Below the pieces are notes generated by a model, which ran no database searches, was not told where the DNA came from, and was given only the letters and a program-made list of their open reading frames with translations. Both the position numbers and the translations under genes were made by a program. A stretch of 59,250 bases of DNA, counting the filler. It is 6 parts of 6 records of this genome, joined end to end, with 100 filler letters (N's around TTAATTAATTAA, not from the genome) between each part and the next. Parts side by side here need not be neighbours in the genome. Positions count along the whole stretch, not along the records: positions 1 to 20,304 come from DRR723986_10008; 5 more parts are not named here. One strand, given 5' to 3'. Positions 10,242 to 17,232 of the stretch are shown one piece after another. How positions within the stretch are numbered: the first letter of the stretch is position 1; each line of letters starts with the position of its first letter.

Positions 10242-10282
10242 TCTACGACCATTTTCACTTTTCATCAGTAGGAGGACAAACG

Positions 10283-10900
10283 GTGGCTGAGGGTATTGTT
10301 TATGTTTTGGTCAATGACGCCTTCGATGGCTATGTAAAGATTGGGAAAACATACAATCTTGAGCAACGCTTACGTCAGTTGGACAATACAAGTGTGCCCC
10401 TGCCGTTTCGTTGTGTTTATGCGGTCAAAGTGCCGGACATGGATGTCACAGAACGACTGGCGCACGGTGCATTTGCTGACCACAGAACAAGGTCGAATAG
10501 AGAATTTTTTGAGATTGACCCCTTGCGTGTGATTTCAGCCCTGAAGATGACTGGCGGCGAAGAAGTCACGCCAAAAGATGATATTGCCGCTGACGATGAA
10601 GGCCTAGAAGCCATGAACCGGCAAAAGAAACGCAGGACATTTACGCTTTACCAAGCTGGCCTGAAGGATGGTGATGAAATCACCTACTCAAAAAACGACA
10701 CGATTAAAGCGGTCGTCACTGGCGCACGTAAAATTCTTTTTGAGGGTGAACAGGACAGTCTGAGCGGGAGTGCCCTGAAACTACTCCATCGTGATGGTTA
10801 TAATTGGCAAACTGTGAATGGCTGGGCATTTTGGACGTTTGAAGGCGAAACAATAGCCGAGCGTTTGAGCCGTTTGCTATCTGAGGAGGAGGATGAGTAA
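10283..10900 (+). CDS. GIY-YIG nuclease (T5orf172/MUG113-like) with C-terminal RAMA-like domain
   Basis: GIVYVL...VKIGKT...RLRQLDNTSVPLPF...E...H...REFF; C-terminal SLSGSA...VNGWAFW; AGGAGG RBS. Confidence 0.8.
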   Translation: MAEGIVYVLVNDAFDGYVKIGKTYNLEQRLRQLDNTSVPLPFRCVYAVKVPDMDVTERLAHGAFADHRTRSNREFFEIDPLRVISALKMTGGEEVTPKDDIAADDEGLEAMNRQKKRRTFTLYQAGLKDGDEITYSKNDTIKAVVTGARKILFEGEQDSLSGSALKLLHRDGYNWQTVNGWAFWTFEGETIAERLSRLLSEEEDE

Positions 10901-11493
10901 TGACTTCTTCAGGTGTTGCCTCTTATTACATCTACGCACTCAAGGACCCTAGGACCAATCCTGTTCTGCCGTTCTACATTGGCAAAGGCACAGGCAATCG
11001 AGCTTGGGACCATACGATAAACGTAGATGAAACACCGAAGGGCCGACGCATCAGTGAAATAATGGATGCCGGTTATGAAGTCGTAACCACGAAGATGGCT
11101 GATGGTCTTACTGAAGAACAAGCACTGCGCCTTGAAGCCGAACTAATCTCAGCATTTGGCACTGAGGCCACGGGGGGATTTCTCACAAATACTGTTACCC
11201 CTTCTGGTCGAGTGAAACGGATGCGGAGGGACCTCAAAGTGCCTTCTGGAGTTGCTGAAAAAGCATCCATCGGGTTAAGCCTGCTGAAAGAAGCAATCGT
11301 TGAATTAGCCAAATCTAATGTCGACGGGGTCACAAACGCAGATTGTGCGAAGGCGCTGGGGCTACAGAGTAATTATCGTGGCGGCGCAAAAGACTACCTA
11401 TCTTTTAGTATCTTGGGCTTGTTGCTGGAAGAAGGGCGCCTAAAGCGGGACGACAAAATCGCCAAGGGTAGACATATTTCCATTCTCAAGTGA
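10900..11493 (+). CDS. GIY-YIG nuclease (LEM-3/Ankle1-like type) with C-terminal winged-helix-like region
   Basis: YYIYALKDPR...FYIGKGTGNRAWDH...ALRLEAELI...LTN; TAATG overlap with the upstream gene. Confidence 0.8.
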   Translation: MTSSGVASYYIYALKDPRTNPVLPFYIGKGTGNRAWDHTINVDETPKGRRISEIMDAGYEVVTTKMADGLTEEQALRLEAELISAFGTEATGGFLTNTVTPSGRVKRMRRDLKVPSGVAEKASIGLSLLKEAIVELAKSNVDGVTNADCAKALGLQSNYRGGAKDYLSFSILGLLLEEGRLKRDDKIAKGRHISILK

Positions 11494-11593
11494 GACCTTT
11501 GGCGTCCACGCTTGTGGAAGTTGCAGGTCAACCATGGGCTGTCACTCCGGTAGGAGTGGGACTTCATGGAGGGCTTTGGGAAGCGGGGTTGGG

Positions 11594-12277
11594 ATGAAAA
11601 CAGAGGTTCTGTCATTTGTGACCGATACAGACGCCATTCGGCAGGCGAAAGCGGATGGTCGGTTCGTTTATGTGGGCCGTGACCAAAGACAACGCCCCAT
11701 AGGACAGCGGAACTGGGGAAATTACGCCCCCGATGGCAAAGTCGACAAAACCAAACCAGACCAAATTGCCGAACACAAAAGGGCTGTCGAAGCCTTTCGG
11801 AAGTGGGTTCACACACAACCACATTTAATGACAAATGTCGCAGAATTAAGAGGCAAAGCACTTGTCTGCCATTGCAGAGGTTTGCCATGCCATGGAGAGG
11901 TGCTGAAAGAATTGGCTGACAAACAGGTGAAACGAGGGCGTCCAATGTCTGAAATGGGTGCCTTTCAGCGGCAAGAAGCCAAACAGATGGGAGTGTCATT
12001 GCGCACCATCCAGCGCTGGGAGAAAAACCGTCAGGAAATCAAGGCTGACCCTGAACTGGCCGAGAAAGCCAAGGCCGTGGGTTATGCAGAGGCAAAGCGG
12101 TTATTACGACAGCGCCAGAAAGCCAACAGAGCGTCAGACAATGCTGTGAAAGCCCTGTTTTCCGGTGTCAAAGCGTGGGAAGCACTAGGGGAAGAAGACG
12201 CCGAACTAGTGCGAGATTATCTGCTGGCGACCGACTTTATCGACCGTCTGACCACCCTGTTGGAACGGGACAATTAA
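11594..12277 (+). CDS. DUF4326-like protein fused to an HTH domain
   Basis: VYVGR...WGN...LRGKALVCHC...CHGEVL (DUF4326-like), followed by EAKQMGVSLRTIQRW HTH. Confidence 0.7.
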   Translation: MKTEVLSFVTDTDAIRQAKADGRFVYVGRDQRQRPIGQRNWGNYAPDGKVDKTKPDQIAEHKRAVEAFRKWVHTQPHLMTNVAELRGKALVCHCRGLPCHGEVLKELADKQVKRGRPMSEMGAFQRQEAKQMGVSLRTIQRWEKNRQEIKADPELAEKAKAVGYAEAKRLLRQRQKANRASDNAVKALFSGVKAWEALGEEDAELVRDYLLATDFIDRLTTLLERDN

Positions 12278-12301
12278 GCGACAAGTGTCGTCAAAAAAAT
12301 A

Positions 12302-12330
12302 TTTGTCTTGGCTTCCGATGGTGCGACCCA
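12302..12330 (+). repeat. Direct repeat copy 1 (partner at 12892-12920)
   Basis: TTTGTCTTGGCTTCCGA exact 17 bp, extending to 25/29 identity. Confidence 0.8.
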
Positions 12331-12456
12331 ACACATCAGCGTATCGCTGACCTCGAAGACGACAGGGACGCATGGAAGCAGCAGGCCAACCGTTTGCTGT
12401 CGTCCCCACCAAGAGATGAAGCACCCAAAGGGTTCTGGAAGCGACTTTTCACCTAG
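12331..12456 (+). pseudogene. 3' remnant of a coiled-coil DNA-binding protein gene of plasmid/island type
   Basis: RIADLEDDRDAWKQQANRLL...PKGFWKRLF is a typical C-terminal tail; no credible start, and the sequence begins right after the repeat. Confidence 0.5.
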
Positions 12457-12506
12457 CTTCAGAACACCAAAAGAAGTATCGTTGAGGGGCGATACAGGAG
12501 TATGAC

Positions 12507-12884
12507 ATGAGACTAATGACCATTGGCGCCACAGCTTTGTTGCTTGCTGGGTGCATGACTGCAACACCAACCCCACAGAAGCAAATTGAATTTACAAAAC
12601 TGAACACTTCCCAAGTTAAGTCATTGCAATTAGCTGTTAAAAGTGGAATGAAAGATCCGGAGAGTGCAAAGTTTGGCTCTTATATTTCATTTGAAACCAC
12701 TGACGACAACGGTCAAAAAATTGATGTGGTTTGCGGCTATGTAAACGGCAAAAATAGCTATGGTGGATATGTCGGCATGACACCCTATATTGCCTTGGGT
12801 GCTGATAGGAAATTCGTAACTGCTATTGGCCCGACAAAAGGAGCTATGAACGTGTGCAAAAAACAGTATGGCGTTTCCCTATAA
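12507..12884 (+). CDS. Hypothetical lipoprotein
   Basis: Lipobox LLAGC; KDPESAKF...VCGYVNGKNSYGGYVG motif; AGGAG RBS. Confidence 0.8.
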   Translation: MRLMTIGATALLLAGCMTATPTPQKQIEFTKLNTSQVKSLQLAVKSGMKDPESAKFGSYISFETTDDNGQKIDVVCGYVNGKNSYGGYVGMTPYIALGADRKFVTAIGPTKGAMNVCKKQYGVSL

Positions 12885-12891
12885 GTAAAGT

Positions 12892-12930
12892 TTTGTCTTG
12901 GCTTCCGAGGGGGAAACCCAGCCCCTCGGA
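12892..12930 (+). repeat. Direct repeat copy 2 with hairpin TCCGAGGGG/CCCCTCGGA
   Basis: Repeat plus 9-bp stem between convergent genes; may act as a terminator. Confidence 0.7.
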
Positions 12931-12982
12931 TTCATCTGGCCAGAATTGGGAGGGTCCCACGGATGTATAACACGCCTTTTCC

Positions 12983-13663
12983 CTAGGCCCTCGCCAACAC
13001 ATTCTTCACAGTCGTGGGATACCACTTCCCACCTCGTGCTGTCGTGACACCTGTCTTGTTCAGGGTGTCGGCTATCTGCTGAAAAGTCTGCCCTGCCTCA
13101 CGCAAGGCCTTCACTGTATCCAACACCTTCTGGGCATGGGCATTAGCTTGGGCCTTTGCAGCTTCATTGGCCTTTTCAATGTTCCCACGGTTCCCACCTA
13201 GCCTGCCTGTGCCCTTCATAGGGGCCAATGCCTGCTTGGTGCGCAGGGATATGAACTCACGTTCCTGTTCAGCTAGAGCAGCGTATATGTGAAGCTGGAA
13301 CTTGTCCGCATGGGGCATAGAGGCCACCACAAAGGCCAGCTTCTTGCGCTTCAGAATGTGGGCGATAGTTTCTACATCACGGCTGATGCGGTCCAGTTTG
13401 GCAACCAAAAGGGTCGCACCTGTTTTCTCTGCAAGCTCCACAGCCTTCCAAAACTCTGGGCGGCCTTCTTTGTCTGCAACACCACCAAACGTGCTACCAA
13501 CACGTCCCGAGTCAATGTCTTGGAACTCGCCCAACACCTCGAAAGGCACCTCGGCATAGGTATTCAAATACAGGTCGATATCCCGACGCTGGGCATCTAG
13601 GCCAAGGCCACTGTCGCCCTGCCGACGGGTCGAGACCCGGAAATATACGACGAACTGTTTCAT
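12983..13663 (-). CDS. Serine recombinase (resolvase family) with C-terminal DNA-binding domain
   Basis: YFRVSTRRQ (catalytic Ser), VAKLDRISR, EREFISLRTK, IADTLN...TARGGKW; GAGG RBS. Confidence 0.93.
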   Translation of the reverse strand: MKQFVVYFRVSTRRQGDSGLGLDAQRRDIDLYLNTYAEVPFEVLGEFQDIDSGRVGSTFGGVADKEGRPEFWKAVELAEKTGATLLVAKLDRISRDVETIAHILKRKKLAFVVASMPHADKFQLHIYAALAEQEREFISLRTKQALAPMKGTGRLGGNRGNIEKANEAAKAQANAHAQKVLDTVKALREAGQTFQQIADTLNKTGVTTARGGKWYPTTVKNVLARA

Positions 13664-13692
13664 GGCGATTCCTCTGGTTTCCACCAACATAT

Positions 13693-13741
13693 CACTCAAT
13701 TTATAAATATACAACGTTGGACTCGCATTATAAATTGAGTG
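13693..13741. promoter_or_regulatory. Putative res site / resolvase operator
   Basis: Perfect 14-bp inverted repeat CACTCAATTTATAA / TTATAAATTGAGTG with a 21-bp spacer containing the palindrome CAACGTTG, 30 bp upstream of the resolvase start. Confidence 0.65.
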
Positions 13742-14107
13742 TTGCAACAGGTTTGCCGACCTTGGCCTCCGTCGTGCACAGCGGAAAACTTTAGCCACGA
13801 TGCGATGGGACTTTTATGTCCCTGCCCGGTGACACTTTCAGGCCCCCGATAGAAATTCGGAGGTCAGGTCTGACCAACCTTCGAGGTCCCCGCCGATGGA
13901 AATAAAGAGAAGAGACCGGATAACTGGCATCCAGCAGGGCCAAACTGTTTCGTCAAATCATAGCATTCCATTGGGCGGTGTATGGAGCGTCAAAACAACC
14001 ATACAGTGTTGACTGTCTTCGACGATTGTTGTTTTTCCCATTACATCTGGGAGGCTTGCAGGTCGCTAAAAAACCGTCCCGTATAAGGCGAAGCCCGCAA
14101 GGGCAGA

Positions 14108-14190
14108 GCTACTTCTGTATTAACTTTAGTTGTTAATACTACTACTAGTTATTACTCTTATTAGTTATAAGCACTTAGGTAGATAGAACT
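14108..14190. other. AT-rich low-complexity tract, candidate replication origin
   Basis: TTAACTTTAGTTGTTAATACTACTACTAGTTATTACTCTTATTAGTTATAAG abutting the 3' end of the polymerase-like gene; function inferred. Confidence 0.35.
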
Positions 14191-15702
14191 CTAGTTAAGG
14201 TATTTACCTAATAGTTCTTCTTCATTGATAAGAGGCTGAACCATCAGACCATCTTTAGACTCGACACTAAGTGGGACTAAGACATCCAGCCCACTCATGG
14301 CCTTGCAGTATTCTCGGATAGTATCCCTGAACACGTAAGCTGACTGTTTAACGTCAGATACCTTCACCATAAGACAGTCATGAACTGGATAGGCTGGAAT
14401 GCCCTGAGCCATTAAAGTTTCAAGGGTAAGCATCATGATCTCAGATTCATGATAGCTAAGGAAACCTGAACCATTCATGTAGCCCGTTAGACACCCTTTC
14501 TTGTCGTATCTGGGTTCCAAGCATTCTAGGGCTGGAATGGTACTAATAAGGGTGTCTCTGAACGACAGCCATCCTGATTGGGTAAGACCATGCTCATTAG
14601 CTAGTTCTTCTGATGCCTTGGCTTTCAATGAATTTCCGCTTCCTATAAGCGCAACAACCACACCTTTAGCTACCTTTCGGTTACGCCTTATCAAATCAAT
14701 CTTGTCGATCAGTGGGTCAAGTTCTGACCACCATGTGTTTACTGCCCAAAGTGAGGAGAGTTCAGCATAGACGTCACCCCATGTGTCGTCTTTACTCAAT
14801 CCCCCCAGTCGATACCCCAACAACGATGAGAAAAGAGTTGGCTGTGATGCTCTAATGTCCAATTCACAGATTGGTTCACCTTCTATGGTGCAGTGCAGTC
14901 TCTTGGTTGTTTTGTCTAACCCAGTCCATGCCCCGTAAAGACGACCACCAGCGTCCATCCTTCCATCATGATAGACACGTGTTGCAGAGGCCGCTGCATG
15001 GCCATTGGGTAGTATTAGTGGATAACGACGCCAGAATGCGTTAAGCCTGTCTATGCGGCTCTCAGAGGCGCTGTGAAGGTCTCCGAACAAGACCTGAGAT
15101 TCTGTATTCTTGAGGAAGGGCTTTGCCTTCTTGTCGGCCTTTCTGGCGTCTCTTTGTCGTCGAGATTCCATTTTGTTGATCTTAATGCGTGGCAGGCCAA
15201 CTTCTATGAAACGCAGGGTGCTGAACTCCGAAGCCTTGGACAGGTCGATCTCATACATCGACATCTTTGGGTCGCTAGACCACTTGCCCTGTTCATCCTT
15301 AACGAGGTTGCTGCTTCCTGATCCCTCAACCTGTTTGGCATCGAACTGTTGAAGCAGTTCTCGGATGACCGTGTTAGCAACATCCTTTCCAACCAGAGGG
15401 AACACAGACCATGCATCGTTCCGCCTTTTGATGCCGAGGTAGGGAACATCCTTGTTGTTGTTCCTATTGTGGCTGTGGCGTGAGTGGACCTCCTGCACAG
15501 CCTTCAAGAAGGAAGCCACCACAATCCGATACTTGATCGCCTTTGGACCTTTAGTGGGCCACTGAGCATCCCTTATCAGCCTATCAACTACCCTCTCAGC
15601 TTCCTCACCGAACGGTTCCCAGACAGGCTTAAAGACCACAGGGAAGGCGTCTGAGGCCAATGCGTTTGATGTTGTGTCGTCGGATTGAGAAGACGTGTTC
15701 AT
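14191..15702 (-). CDS. Divergent family-A (PolA / T7 RNAP superfamily) polymerase-like protein, no exonuclease motifs seen
   Basis: Ordered motifs DAGGRLYG, ELDIRASQP (motif A Asp), RKVAKGVVVALIG (motif B R...K), HESEIM, PVHDCL (motif C HD). Confidence 0.6.
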   Translation of the reverse strand: MNTSSQSDDTTSNALASDAFPVVFKPVWEPFGEEAERVVDRLIRDAQWPTKGPKAIKYRIVVASFLKAVQEVHSRHSHNRNNNKDVPYLGIKRRNDAWSVFPLVGKDVANTVIRELLQQFDAKQVEGSGSSNLVKDEQGKWSSDPKMSMYEIDLSKASEFSTLRFIEVGLPRIKINKMESRRQRDARKADKKAKPFLKNTESQVLFGDLHSASESRIDRLNAFWRRYPLILPNGHAAASATRVYHDGRMDAGGRLYGAWTGLDKTTKRLHCTIEGEPICELDIRASQPTLFSSLLGYRLGGLSKDDTWGDVYAELSSLWAVNTWWSELDPLIDKIDLIRRNRKVAKGVVVALIGSGNSLKAKASEELANEHGLTQSGWLSFRDTLISTIPALECLEPRYDKKGCLTGYMNGSGFLSYHESEIMMLTLETLMAQGIPAYPVHDCLMVKVSDVKQSAYVFRDTIREYCKAMSGLDVLVPLSVESKDGLMVQPLINEEELLGKYLN

Positions 15703-15849
15703 ATAGGCTTAGATACCACTATCTGCGATCCTGGCTTGTGACTGTAATGACGCTTTGTTTCACGCCAGACTAGTCGTTGCATTTGCACTCTCGAAGGCTT
15801 TTCCCTGCCAGGACGAGGCCACAGCTGCGTGTATAGCTGCTGAGTAACC

Positions 15850-16857
15850 TCAGTGCTTCGATATGCAGAGCCGCTGCACGCCTGTTGCAACGTTGTTGTC
15901 ACAAAGTGCCAACATATCTGGCGTGAACATATCATTGGGCTGCGCTGCAAACATCGCTGCAATAACAAACCTTTCATTAACACCCATAGCCCGCACATAT
16001 TCCCTTATAACATCATACTCGGGGGCGATCGGTTGAACTGCCCTTCCATTCCGCATGTACATTTGATGGAAACCTAGCTTTGGGTACGGAGACCAAATAA
16101 TGCGTGATACGCCCCCCAAGAAAACCAAGGGGCAAGCAGAATAGCAGTTGTTCGCTAGTGTTGTGTTGATGCCTAGTGCCCGTATCATTTGGCCTGCCTT
16201 CAATGCATCATAAACACTGCCGCCAGCACTACCTAAAGCAATTGTGTCGATCGTAGGATTTGAGGCTACAATGGCGGCCAAGCTTTCGGCAAAGCCACTT
16301 TCGATGTCGCCGAGAACGTACAGTGTCGTTCCGTCAATACGAAATTTCGCTGTGGGGTTGGTCTCTTCAATCCGAGCGCTTTCGGGAATCTCAAAACTAC
16401 CAACGCAGTCCAAGTTCCAAATCGAAATTTGCTCATGCACGGAAAGCTTTAGAAGATGTTTGGCTGTATGCGCCCAATTTGCAAGCCATACAGCGTCAAT
16501 CTGCATATTAAGGATTTCCCCTTCAGACATCTTGCTCTTTGGCTTTTCAATGTCATGGTATTCAAGCTTTGTGATGAACTCACCCCGATCTAAAATTCGC
16601 CCCAAAATTGCGCACTTATTCTCCGCAATACCGTACTCATTGAAAGCGGTTCCAAGCGGCAAAGCCCCTCGTTTTCTGGCCTCTTCCCACAAGAGCTCCG
16701 ATTGACTTTCGGCTTCCTCAATTGCCGAAGCCCACGTCTTTGCAGCGACTGATGACGAGGCTGTGAGACACACCACAAGAAATACGGCCGTCAAAGATAT
16801 GCTCATCAAGTGGGCGATCAGCAGAAGGCAGCGTTTTTGATTATTGAGGGCGAGCAT
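15850..16857 (-). CDS. Exported protein with C-terminal ClpP/crotonase-like (COG3904-like) domain
   Basis: Signal-like hydrophobic N-terminus; LGSAGGSV...GQMIR...CYSACPLVFLGG...LGFHQ. Start may be 16806. Confidence 0.7.
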   Translation of the reverse strand: MLALNNQKRCLLLIAHLMSISLTAVFLVVCLTASSSVAAKTWASAIEEAESQSELLWEEARKRGALPLGTAFNEYGIAENKCAILGRILDRGEFITKLEYHDIEKPKSKMSEGEILNMQIDAVWLANWAHTAKHLLKLSVHEQISIWNLDCVGSFEIPESARIEETNPTAKFRIDGTTLYVLGDIESGFAESLAAIVASNPTIDTIALGSAGGSVYDALKAGQMIRALGINTTLANNCYSACPLVFLGGVSRIIWSPYPKLGFHQMYMRNGRAVQPIAPEYDVIREYVRAMGVNERFVIAAMFAAQPNDMFTPDMLALCDNNVATGVQRLCISKH

Positions 16858-16919
16858 CTCACCGTGCCTTTCAATTAGCTGATCTATAATCCGCTCTTCG
16901 AGGTAACAGCCTCCACATT

Positions 16920-17156
16920 CTAGCCCTCTTGTCCACCTGTAGTGTAGTCACTGCTCTCGTTGATTTTGGGCTTGGTCGCCTTACTGCCCTTGGGTTCCTC
17001 GTCAGCAATCGCATCAGGTTCTGCACGACGCTTGGCGCTGGGCATGCTCATGGTGATCGGTTTGCTGTCGAGTGCTTTGTAGAGATACAGTTCTTCACTT
17101 GATGAGAGGCGGCCAGATCGGACTACGCAACCGTTGGGTAGGACATGACGAGCCAT
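16920..17156 (-). CDS. Small hypothetical protein
   Basis: 78-aa ATG ORF filling the gap, co-oriented with its downstream neighbour. Confidence 0.4.
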   Translation of the reverse strand: MARHVLPNGCVVRSGRLSSSEELYLYKALDSKPITMSMPSAKRRAEPDAIADEEPKGSKATKPKINESSDYTTGGQEG

Positions 17157-17232
17157 TGGGGTTTGCCTTTGACAGTGGGCTGTTGAGGAACTTTTATGAT
17201 GGTATCAAATCTGCATCATTTTGAGAACCAAC

